Program-made: the position numbers and the translations under genes
The notes under the pieces: generated by a model
What the model was told of the DNA's origin: nothing
Database searches by the model: none
What the model saw: the letters and a program-made list of their open reading frames with translations, nothing else
From: Verrucomicrobiales bacterium
GTDB lineage: Bacteria > Verrucomicrobiota > Verrucomicrobiia > Limisphaerales > J093
DNA: 64,000 nt
Assembly (NCBI GenBank): GCA_037439785.1
Contig: JBBIVJ010000001.1
Location: 33,114 to 97,113, forward strand
Direction: 5' to 3'
Shown here: positions 56,771-64,000 of the stretch, piece by piece
How positions within the stretch are numbered: position 1 is the first letter of the stretch
Layout of the letters: every line of letters starts with the position of its first letter

Positions 56771-57094
56771 ATGGAAGAGCATTACCACAACATGACACCT
56801 GAAGCCTCCGGACTTCCCCGCGAAAAACTGGTGGAAGACCTGCGCGTGTTGATCCACGACGCCGAACAACTCCTGAAGTCGGGCGCCGAAGAGGCCGGCG
56901 AAAAGGCCGCCGAGCTGCGCGCCCGCCTACAGGAATCCCTCGCCAAGGCCAAGGAGACCTGTCGCCGCCTCGAAGACCGCGCCGCCGCGGGCGCCAGGGC
57001 GGCCGACCGCGTCATCCGCGACCACCCCTACGAAAGCATGGGCGTGGCCTTCGGCGTGGGCGTGCTGCTGGGCGTGCTGATCAACCGCCGCTGA
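56771..57094 (+). CDS. DUF883/ElaB-YqjD-family membrane-anchored protein
   Basis: 107 aa. Helical N-terminal part, the IRDHPYESMGVAFGVGVLLGVLI motif, and a C-terminal tail anchor typical of ElaB/YqjD/YgaM. Confidence 0.8.
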   Translation: MEEHYHNMTPEASGLPREKLVEDLRVLIHDAEQLLKSGAEEAGEKAAELRARLQESLAKAKETCRRLEDRAAAGARAADRVIRDHPYESMGVAFGVGVLLGVLINRR

Positions 57095-57098
57095 CCGC

Positions 57099-57497
57099 AT
57101 GGCCGACTCCGCATCCGGTTCCGCGCCGGGAGGGGGCCTGTTCGACGTCATCCGCCGGCTCGCCGACGCCATGGTGGCCGCGGCCGAGCATCGGCTGGAG
57201 CTGTTCACCGTCGAACTCCAGGTCGAGAAGGTCCGGGCCCTGGACGTGCTGGTGCGCGCCGCCGCCTTGGTGGTGCTGGGAGTGCTGACCCTGGTGGCCG
57301 GCACCGCCACGGTCGTGGTCGCCCTTTGGCACACCTCTCCGGTGCTGGTCCTGGCGGGGGTCACCGTGCTCTACGGCCTGGGCACCGCGGCGCTGCTGGC
57401 CAGCATCCGACGCCGCCTGCACGCCGGGCCGAAGCCCTTTGCCGGCACGCTCGAGGAACTCCGCAAGGACCGCGCATGTTTTGGGAACAAGACCTGA
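57099..57497 (+). CDS. YqjE-like (phage-holin-3_6 / DUF1469-type) inner-membrane protein
   Basis: 132 aa. ELFTVELQVEKVR followed by two TM helices. It starts 5 nt after the ElaB-like gene, as in the yqjD-yqjE-yqjK arrangement. Confidence 0.7.
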   Translation: MADSASGSAPGGGLFDVIRRLADAMVAAAEHRLELFTVELQVEKVRALDVLVRAAALVVLGVLTLVAGTATVVVALWHTSPVLVLAGVTVLYGLGTAALLASIRRRLHAGPKPFAGTLEELRKDRACFGNKT

Positions 57498-57778
57498 ACC
57501 GCCTGGCCGAACGCAGTCGCCGCCTGGCGGTGGACTGCGCGGGGGACCGCGAGCGCGTGACGGCGGCGGCGGCGGAAGTGGCCCGCCACCTGAGGTGGTT
57601 GGGGACGGTGCCCTCCCTTTACGCGCGCTACCGGCCGCTGGTGCTGGTGGGATTGCCGCTGGCCGGCCTCTTTCTGGGCAAACGCCTGCCGCGGCTGGCG
57701 CGCTGGTCGGCCCTGGCGGCTCCCTTGTGGCGCGTGGCCCGCGGCTTCCTACGGCTACGCCGGCTGGTGCCGCGCTGA
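57476..57778 (+). CDS. YqjK-like small protein
   Basis: An internal ATG gives 100 aa and overlaps the yqjE-like 3' end by 22 nt. Helical N-terminal part plus one hydrophobic segment. The call is mainly by position. Confidence 0.5.
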   Translation: MFWEQDLNRLAERSRRLAVDCAGDRERVTAAAAEVARHLRWLGTVPSLYARYRPLVLVGLPLAGLFLGKRLPRLARWSALAAPLWRVARGFLRLRRLVPR

Positions 57779-57796
57779 AACGCTCCCGGCCGCCGG

Positions 57797-59197
57797 ATGC
57801 AAGATCGGCAGCCGCCTCCTTCCCCGACGCCGGTCCACCTGGATCGTGGCCGGTCCGCGTCCCGTGTCAGCCGCCCCCTCCACCTCACCCTGCATCTGGT
57901 GACGGCCGCCCTGTTGGGCGTCGCGGCCGGGATGCTGGGCAACCGCCCCGAACTGGCCGTCCACTGGTGGCGGTGGCAAAAGCCGCTGTTGGCGCTCGCC
58001 GCCACGCTGGCCCTGCTCGGAGCCTGGCCTCCCCAAGCCGCGCTCAGCCGGTTAAGCCGCCGCGCCTGCGTGGTGGGGATCACTGTCATCCTGGCGGTGG
58101 GGGCACTCGAACTGTTCTTCCGCGCCCTCGGCCACGACTTCCGCCGACAAACCGCCCGGCTGCGTCAACTGCCGCCGTTTTATCTCCGGCCGGACGTACC
58201 CTGCGGCACGGTCTTTTTCCGCCGGCCGGGGCCGATGTCCTGGACCGGTCAACCGGTGCGCGCGGCCCTGCGGGCGCAAGGGTTGGACGCCGCGGCCTAC
58301 GCCGATGAACCGGTGATCGAGGTGCGCTACGACGCCCAGGGGTTTCGCAACCCGCCCAACCTGCGGGCCTGGGAAATGGCCGTGGCGGGCGACTCGTTCA
58401 CCGAGCTGGGCCATCTGCCGGAGGAGGACCTCTTCACCACCCTGCTGGGCCGGCGGCTGGGGTGGCAGGTCCGCAACCTGGGCGTTTCCAACACCGGCCC
58501 GCTGAGCCACCTGACCTACCTCGCCCAGTTCGGGCACTCCCCCGCCACGCGCCATTGGGTGGTGGTGTTTTATGAAGGCAACGACCTGGCGGACCTGTGG
58601 ATCGAACGCGCCGCCGAGCGCCGCATTCAGACCACCGGCCAGCGACCGCACCGCAAACCGGTGCCGCAAACCTCCCTGCTCCGTGCCTGGGGCGAAGCGT
58701 GGCGGGCGCGCTTCGCGGCACCGCCGCCCCCGCCGCCGCGGATTCCCGTGGAGGCGTACTTCCTCGGCGCCACCGGCCGGGTGGCGGTCACCCTGAGCCC
58801 GCCGCCGCCGGTCTGGGCCGAGGTGGACCCGGAAACACGCGCCGCGCTGGAAGACTTCCTCACCCGCTTCGCCGCGCTGGCCCGCGAACGAAAGGCGCAG
58901 CCCTGGCTGGTCTTCATGCCCGTCAAACAGCGGGTCTGGCACGGGCGGCTGGAATTCACCGCCGAGGCCGATCCAGCCACAGTGCATTGGAAGCCCACCG
59001 ATCTGCCCGTGGCTCTCGCCGATTTGTGTGCCCGGCACGACATCGGATTTGTGGACCTGACCCCGGCGCTGGTGGCAGACACCCGGCAACACGGCAAACC
59101 GCTTTTCAATACCCTCTTCGACACCCACCTCAACGCGCGCGGCTCGCGCGTCGTGGCCGCGGAGCTGGCCCGGGTCCTCGCCCGCTTCCCTTTCTGA
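57797..59197 (+). CDS. membrane-anchored SGNH hydrolase (AlgX/AlgJ-like acyl-esterase/acetyltransferase fold)
   Basis: Three N-terminal TM helices. SGNH block I AVAGDSFTELG, block III VVFYEGNDLADL, block V FDTHLNARG. Confidence 0.7.
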   Translation: MQDRQPPPSPTPVHLDRGRSASRVSRPLHLTLHLVTAALLGVAAGMLGNRPELAVHWWRWQKPLLALAATLALLGAWPPQAALSRLSRRACVVGITVILAVGALELFFRALGHDFRRQTARLRQLPPFYLRPDVPCGTVFFRRPGPMSWTGQPVRAALRAQGLDAAAYADEPVIEVRYDAQGFRNPPNLRAWEMAVAGDSFTELGHLPEEDLFTTLLGRRLGWQVRNLGVSNTGPLSHLTYLAQFGHSPATRHWVVVFYEGNDLADLWIERAAERRIQTTGQRPHRKPVPQTSLLRAWGEAWRARFAAPPPPPPRIPVEAYFLGATGRVAVTLSPPPPVWAEVDPETRAALEDFLTRFAALARERKAQPWLVFMPVKQRVWHGRLEFTAEADPATVHWKPTDLPVALADLCARHDIGFVDLTPALVADTRQHGKPLFNTLFDTHLNARGSRVVAAELARVLARFPF

Positions 59198-59209
59198 CCC
59201 ACGGCGGAG

Positions 59210-60205
59210 TCACGAAGGATTCAGCGGCGACTCGGGTGGCTCGGATGGCGGAGGCGGCCGCAGCCGGTCCGCGTCTGACAACGCTTTCGGCGCGGGGGAC
59301 GATGCCGGTGAGTCCGGCCCCGGCGGGGCAGCGAAAGGAATGGCCGGGGGCGCCGCCGGCGGAGGCCTGGCAAAGGGCGAAGGCGAGGGCGGCGTTGCGT
59401 TCGTCGCGGGCGCAAAAACCGTCCGCGGCGGCCGTCGCGGCAGAAAGCCCACCGCGCCGAGCATCAACAGCAGCCCCACCCCCAGCCCCAGGGCCAGGGC
59501 GATGAGCCAGTCCAGGAGGCGGAAGCCTTGTTGGGCATAAAGGAGCAGGCCGCCGGCCGCGATCCAGCCGGCCGGCAGGCACGCCGCCACGCCCAGGCGC
59601 CAGCAGCCCCGCAGGGTGATGTTGCGGCGCAGCACCGCGGCTTCCAGCCGCAGCAGCGGCGCGGCCACCAGCCCGGCCAGCAGCCAGAGGCCCCAGGCGC
59701 CGAGCCCCGCGCCGACGCCCACCAACACCGGCAGGTGGGGCCGCCAGGCCAGCCAGAGCGGCTCGATCTCCGGCCGGTTCAACGCAATCACCCACCCCCG
59801 CGGATACCCGACCACCCAGTATCCCAGCAGCGACTGGGCGCTGAAGTCGCCGCTGAGGAACTCGATTTCCACATCCGCCGACTGCCCCGGCACGGGGGCG
59901 GCGTGGGGGTTGACGCGCAGGGCCAGATGCCGTGTGCGTGCCAGCTCGGTCACCGCCGGCGTGGGCCAGACCAGGCGACCGTCGTGAATCTCGCCGGAGG
60001 CCGGCAATTGACGCACCGCCGCATCCAGCGCCGGCTGCCAGGCCGTGGCAAAAAAACGCCCTGCGGCGCTGCCCCCCACGGCCACAGTGATCAGACACCA
60101 GGCGAAAAACCATCCCGCCGGTCGGCTGGCCAGCGCAGCCAGCCCCCGCCAGGTGAATGGTTGCCGGGCCGCCGGCGGGGGGAGACCCGCGGAGGAACCT
60201 TGCAT
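59210..60205 (-). CDS. hypothetical polytopic membrane protein with a Pro-rich C-terminus
   Basis: 331 aa, ATG start. About 5 hydrophobic helices. It starts 12 nt downstream of the preceding small gene. Confidence 0.55.
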   Translation of the reverse strand: MQGSSAGLPPPAARQPFTWRGLAALASRPAGWFFAWCLITVAVGGSAAGRFFATAWQPALDAAVRQLPASGEIHDGRLVWPTPAVTELARTRHLALRVNPHAAPVPGQSADVEIEFLSGDFSAQSLLGYWVVGYPRGWVIALNRPEIEPLWLAWRPHLPVLVGVGAGLGAWGLWLLAGLVAAPLLRLEAAVLRRNITLRGCWRLGVAACLPAGWIAAGGLLLYAQQGFRLLDWLIALALGLGVGLLLMLGAVGFLPRRPPRTVFAPATNATPPSPSPFARPPPAAPPAIPFAAPPGPDSPASSPAPKALSDADRLRPPPPSEPPESPLNPS

Positions 60206-60216
60206 GGGGCGGCCGA

Positions 60217-60663
60217 TCAGGCCGGCGGTACCGCCGGCGGGGGCGGGGGCGGCGCGGCCGGGCCGGGAGGCGGTTGAACCAAGAGCGGCACCGGGTAACG
60301 GATTTTCATCACGTCATCCACCAGCACCTCGACGTAGTACGTGCCGGCCTGGGTGAACTCGACGCCGGTGAAGAGGGTCACGTTGATGGCGTGCTGGGTG
60401 GCGTCCTGCAGCGCAAAGCGGACGTTGCTCTGGCGCAGCACGGTGGTGCTGTCCGGCGCGGTGAAGCGGACCGTCTCGGTGAACTGGCCCACCCCGGCGG
60501 TCCAGCGGTTGAAGACGCAGAGCTTGAACGCCTTGATGGGCAGTTGCGGCACGCGCACGTAGCCGAGGATGCCCACCAGGATGAAGCTGCCCGTGACCTC
60601 CTGGCGGACGTCTTCGCACAAGAGCGACGCCTGCAGGTCGGGCAAGATGCGGGTCGGATTCAT
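60217..60663 (-). CDS. hypothetical small beta-rich protein
   Basis: An internal ATG (MNPTRILPDLQASLLCEDVRQE...) gives 148 aa. All-beta-looking alternating pattern with a Pro-rich tail. No function recognised. Confidence 0.55.
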   Translation of the reverse strand: MNPTRILPDLQASLLCEDVRQEVTGSFILVGILGYVRVPQLPIKAFKLCVFNRWTAGVGQFTETVRFTAPDSTTVLRQSNVRFALQDATQHAINVTLFTGVEFTQAGTYYVEVLVDDVMKIRYPVPLLVQPPPGPAAPPPPPPAVPPA

Positions 60664-60914
60664 GATCGGTTCCAAATCAAGCGGCGAGTCTGGCGCGGAC
60701 GGGCGGGAAAGCAACGCGCAGTTTTCCGGGCGGCATGTGGGCGGACCTCCGACCGTGGACCACTCCAGCGGTGAAAGGAACGGGGAGGGCTGGCTCGCCG
60801 TCCTGCTCCTGCACGGTAGCGTGACCAACGCTCAGCAGCGGGAGAGGAACACGGGCAAGCCGGCGCCGCGCGCAAGTGTGGGGGTGGACCGGGCTGCCGG
60901 AATGCCGGACCGTC

Positions 60915-61553
60915 TCAGGCACCGGCCGCGGTCGCGGGCGTGGCCAGGATGGCCTCCAGGCAGCCGGCCACATCCGGCAGCGCCTCCGGATTGAGCCACG
61001 CCCGCCGTACCCAGAAGAACCCCGGCACGCTCTGCGCCCGGATCTCCGGCTCCCCCGCCGCAAATTCCACCAGCAACTCCCCCTCCCGCCGGTAAAACCG
61101 GTGCGCCAGCGTTTCCGGGTCCAGCACCCAGTACTCCTGCACCCCGTGCTCCTCGTACGCCGCAAACTTCGGCCCCACGTCCCGCTCCTCCGACCACGGC
61201 GAGAGCGCCTCCACCACCAGCGTCGGCGCAAACGGCGCGTGCGTGGGCAGCAACCGCGCCACCTGCTCGGGCGTGAAGTAGGCCAGGTCCGGCAAAAACA
61301 CGTTGCGCGAACTCAGCCGCACCGCCACCACCTCCCGAAACAACTCTCCCAGCTTGCGGCGTTCAAGGTAGCCGGCCAGCAAACGGTCCAAAAAGTTGAC
61401 CAGCCGTGCGTGACGCAGGTTCACCGGTGAGTGCATAAACTTCTCCCCGTCTATGAGGTCGGCGTGGACGCCCGGCTGGAGCCACTCCAGGAACTCCTCC
61501 GCCGTCCAGAGCTGGCGCTCGCAGTCTTTGCTGATCGAGACCACGGTCGGCAT
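60915..61553 (-). CDS. Uma2-family (DUF820) putative endonuclease
   Basis: 212 aa. The pattern W(T/S)xEEFxxW ... ELIDGE-like (ADLIDGEKFM) ... PDLAYF ... P.LVVE.LSP ... D...K...Y...GV.EYW.LDP matches the family. Confidence 0.85.
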   Translation of the reverse strand: MPTVVSISKDCERQLWTAEEFLEWLQPGVHADLIDGEKFMHSPVNLRHARLVNFLDRLLAGYLERRKLGELFREVVAVRLSSRNVFLPDLAYFTPEQVARLLPTHAPFAPTLVVEALSPWSEERDVGPKFAAYEEHGVQEYWVLDPETLAHRFYRREGELLVEFAAGEPEIRAQSVPGFFWVRRAWLNPEALPDVAGCLEAILATPATAAGA

Positions 61554-61604
61554 GCTGTCAGCCTACACCCTCCACCTCCCCGGTCAACGGTGCGCCCCTC
61601 CCCC

Positions 61605-62156
61605 TCACACCACCTCCCGGTACACATCCGGGTGGGGGCGCGAGATCACCACGGCGTTGACCAGGACGCCGGCCTCGGCAATGACCCGCCGGCCGGCGGC
61701 CACGGCGCTTTGCACGGCCCCCACGTCACCGGTCATGGTGCAGAAGGCTTTTCCGCCCAGCGCCATCGCCAGGCGCACCTCGAGCAGTTGCACCGGGGCG
61801 GCCTTGGCCGCGGTGTCGGCGGCCTGGATCAGGGTGGCCACGTTGAAGGACTCGAGGATGCCCAGCGCGCCGTCGGGCTCGGGGGTCTGGGTGCGGCCCA
61901 GGGCGGTGAAGACGTCCGGATGGACGTTGGGAATCACGAACGAGTCAATCAGGCAGCCGTGAGCCACCTCCGCCCCGGCCTGGACGGCGCTCTGCACGGC
62001 CGCGGCGTCGCCGCCGATCAGGACCATGTACTTGCCCGAGCAGATCGAGCGTGACAACAGCAGGCGCACGTTGCCGGCCTTGAGCATGGTGTCCGCCACC
62101 TCGAAGCCGGCGGCCACGCTCGACAGTTCAATCAGGCCAATGGATTTTTCGCTCAT
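61605..62156 (-). CDS. pduT: tandem-BMC-domain microcompartment shell protein, PduT-like
   Basis: An internal ATG (Met242 of the track ORF) gives 183 aa with two BMC domains (IGLIELSSVAAGFEVADTMLKAG... and LGILESFNVATLIQAADTAAKAA...). Cys39 in SICSGKY is at the position of the PduT 4Fe-4S ligand. ATGA overlap with the pduS-like stop. Confidence 0.9.
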   Translation of the reverse strand: MSEKSIGLIELSSVAAGFEVADTMLKAGNVRLLLSRSICSGKYMVLIGGDAAAVQSAVQAGAEVAHGCLIDSFVIPNVHPDVFTALGRTQTPEPDGALGILESFNVATLIQAADTAAKAAPVQLLEVRLAMALGGKAFCTMTGDVGAVQSAVAAGRRVIAEAGVLVNAVVISRPHPDVYREVV

Positions 62157-63469
62157 GGGATTCGCTCCAGGACAATGCGGTCGGTGACGTCCACGACCCG
62201 CGCGTCCACCGGGGCGTGAATCGGCGCGCCCAGCGCGCCGTCCGGGACCCGGCCCAGGGCCTGGCCGGCGCGCACGAGATCGCCGGGCTGGACGAGCGGG
62301 AGGCAGGCCGCGCCGGCATGTTGCTTGAGGGGCAGGACCACCCGCCGGGGTTCGAGGGTCACGGGTTCCCAGGGTGCGGGGTGGTCGTACGGCTGGAGGT
62401 GGAGTCGGCGCATCAGGCTTTTGATGGGCACGCGACGGCCGTCGCGCATGGGGTGCGGGCGGACCGTGGCCGGGCCGGTCCACTTGAGGCCGGCCCGGCG
62501 CATTTCCGCCCTGGAGCGGTCGCAGGCTTCTTTGGGGAAGAGCTCTTCCGGGCAGGCGTAAAGCGTGCACAAGCCGCACGCGCAGCAGAGCGCCGCCCAC
62601 TGATTCCAGTGCTCCGCGCCGGTGGCGGTGAAGGCCAGGCTGCGCATGACCTGGTGCGGCTCGACCGCGTAGCCCAGCAGGTAGCGCGGGCAGTATTCGG
62701 TGCAGTACCGACACTGGTCGCAGGCAGATTTGCCGATGGCGTTCTGAGCGGCGGCGGGTTTGAGTTTGCGCGCAATCACGGGGTGGTCGCGCGGCAGCAC
62801 CACCACGCCGGTGGTGGTTTTGGTGACGGGGGTGTCCAGGTCCTCGGTGGTCTCGCCCATCATGAGGCCGCCCACGCACAGCACGGGTTGCTCGGTGGCC
62901 CCCCCGCCCGCGGCCGCGATCGCGTCACGAAAAGTCGTGCCCACCGGGACCGTGAGGGTGGTGGGCTGCTTGACCGCCCCGGCCAGGGTGAGGGTCTTGT
63001 GGGTGACCGGGCGGCCCTCGGCGGCGGCGGCCACGTTGACCAGGGTTTCCACGTTGCAGACCACCACGCCCACGTGCAGCGGCAGGCCGGCCGGCGGGAT
63101 CAACCGCCCGGTGGTGGTGTACACCAGGTCATACTCGTCGCCCGCCGGGTAGTAATCGCCCAGCCAGTGCACCCGAATGGGCGTGCCCTGACACGCGGCC
63201 TCGACCGCCTCGACCGCGTGGCGGTTCTTGGCCTTGATGCCGATGATGCCCGCCCGCGCGCCTACGGCCTCCATCGCCAGCCTCAGGCCGTGGACCAGCT
63301 CCCGTGCCTGGCGCTCCATTACCGCGGCGTCCTTGTGCAGGAGCGGTTCGCATTCGGCGCCGTTGGCGATGACGATCTCCGCCCGGGCCGCGAGCTTGAC
63401 GTGCGTGGGGAACCCGCCCCCGCCGGCGCCAACCACGCCGGCCTGGAGGATCTGTTCCGCCAGGCTCAT
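62153..63469 (-). CDS. pduS: PduS-like flavin/iron-sulfur oxidoreductase (RnfC/NuoF-like N-domain, SLBB, two 4Fe-4S motifs)
   Basis: 438 aa. GAGGGGFPTHVK nucleotide/flavin loop. CDQCRYCTEYCP and CCACGLCTLYACP ferredoxin-type clusters. C-terminal beta-rich domain. Confidence 0.85.
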   Translation of the reverse strand: MSLAEQILQAGVVGAGGGGFPTHVKLAARAEIVIANGAECEPLLHKDAAVMERQARELVHGLRLAMEAVGARAGIIGIKAKNRHAVEAVEAACQGTPIRVHWLGDYYPAGDEYDLVYTTTGRLIPPAGLPLHVGVVVCNVETLVNVAAAAEGRPVTHKTLTLAGAVKQPTTLTVPVGTTFRDAIAAAGGGATEQPVLCVGGLMMGETTEDLDTPVTKTTTGVVVLPRDHPVIARKLKPAAAQNAIGKSACDQCRYCTEYCPRYLLGYAVEPHQVMRSLAFTATGAEHWNQWAALCCACGLCTLYACPEELFPKEACDRSRAEMRRAGLKWTGPATVRPHPMRDGRRVPIKSLMRRLHLQPYDHPAPWEPVTLEPRRVVLPLKQHAGAACLPLVQPGDLVRAGQALGRVPDGALGAPIHAPVDARVVDVTDRIVLERIP

Positions 63470-63609
63470 GGCCGACTGAGGCTAGCGGCCGGGGGCGGTT
63501 TGGCGAGCCGATTCCGGCGCTGGCCGGCCGGCAGTCGCCCGCTTGCCCGGTCGGGGTGATTGCGGCGTCCCCGCTGCCGTCCTGCGTAGGGCGGCGTGCG
63601 GTCGCGCGG

Positions 63610-64000
63610 TTACTCGGCCTCGAAGGCAAACACGGTCACGCTGCACGGGGCCACGCTCAAGGTGGAGCCCGCCGTGACGGGGCCTTCCTCGATGACCACC
63701 TTCGGCGGCTGGTCGGGATCGTTGTAGGCCCGGGGATCGGTGCCGGCGATCTGCCAGCGCCGGCCGGGGCCCTTGAGTTTGGCGCCGCTGAGCGTCAGCG
63801 GGATGGTCTGGGGCTGGAGGCTGGCATTGACCACACCCAGCGTGAGTGTCTTGCGGTCCCTGCTCCAGGCGGCCTGGGCGTCAATGAGGCCCTCGGTGCG
63901 GGTGGCCGCCGGCAGTTCGCCGAAGTGGTGACGGTAGAGCTTGAGGACCAGGCCGGTGGTCTCGAACGCGGCGTTGCGCCGGCTGGTTTTGATGGCGCCG
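63610..64000 (-). CDS. glycoside hydrolase C-terminal fragment (alpha-L-arabinofuranosidase-like), 5' part outside the window
   Basis: The track shows only 63610-63834 (GTG). Hand translation shows the frame stays open to nt 64000 (...LKLYRHHFGELPAATRTEGLIDAQAAWSRDRKTLTLGVVNASLQPQTIPLTLSG...SVTVFAFEAE). This resembles the C-terminal beta-sandwich of GH51-type enzymes. Confidence 0.55.
   Translation of the reverse strand, partial: GAIKTSRRNAAFETTGLVLKLYRHHFGELPAATRTEGLIDAQAAWSRDRKTLTLGVVNASLQPQTIPLTLSGAKLKGPGRRWQIAGTDPRAYNDPDQPPKVVIEEGPVTAGSTLSVAPCSVTVFAFEAE

Noticed and set aside
57099-57497. Holin-family protein as evidence of a prophage lysis cassette
   Set aside because: No endolysin, spanin, or phage structural or integration genes are nearby. 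The context (DUF883 protein upstream, YqjK-like downstream) matches the chromosomal yqjD-yqjE-yqjK module.
62153-63469. RnfC subunit of an Rnf ion-pumping complex
   Set aside because: No rnfA/B/D/E/G genes are adjacent. The gene overlaps (ATGA) a tandem-BMC shell gene, so the PduS-like interpretation fits better. This remains testable by phylogeny.

Overview
This is a 64-kb, very GC-rich chromosomal window (roughly two-thirds G+C by eye). It is densely packed with protein-coding genes. I found no rRNA, tRNA, CRISPR array, transposase, integrase or phage genes. The gene content suggests a Verrucomicrobiota/Planctomycetota-type (PVC) bacterium, which is inference only. That content includes DUF1080, DUF2961/GH172, a BNR-sialidase-like protein, a TAT-signal Gfo/Idh/MocA oxidoreductase, a 1654-aa FG-GAP/Ig/cohesin-dockerin surface protein, a PduT-type shell protein and GC-rich hairpin-forming intergenic repeats. 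Recognisable housekeeping genes are rpsO-pnp, ilvE, mcsA-mcsB-clpC, ruvC-ruvA, tig and ctaA-ctaB, plus a cyclophilin, a thioredoxin and an inositol monophosphatase-family gene. Accessory modules are two divergent ECF sigma units, an exopolysaccharide export operon (OMP, Wzc-like tyrosine kinase, Wza-like lipoprotein, FHA protein) and a YqjD/YqjE/YqjK-like triad. The strongest candidate for something new is a co-directional block on the minus strand (46.3-50.3 kb). It holds an octaheme MtrA/DmsE-like lipoprotein cytochrome 14 nt upstream of a 722-aa beta-barrel (MtrAB/PioAB-like order), then a type-1 copper protein with its own terminator, then the heme A synthesis genes. Second is an isolated, translationally overlapped PduS-like/PduT-like pair with no other microcompartment genes visible. 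Other notable points are a single-base frameshift in a C5 run splitting an otherwise intact RluA-family gene, and inverted copies of a ~180-bp repeat flanking a 3.6-kb housekeeping segment. There are also several clear hairpin plus T-tract terminators. Caveats: the ORF track prints GTG/TTG starts as M, omits edge-truncated ORFs (I translated two by hand), and contains many long antisense ORFs that are GC artefacts. All family assignments come from reading motifs, not from database searches.
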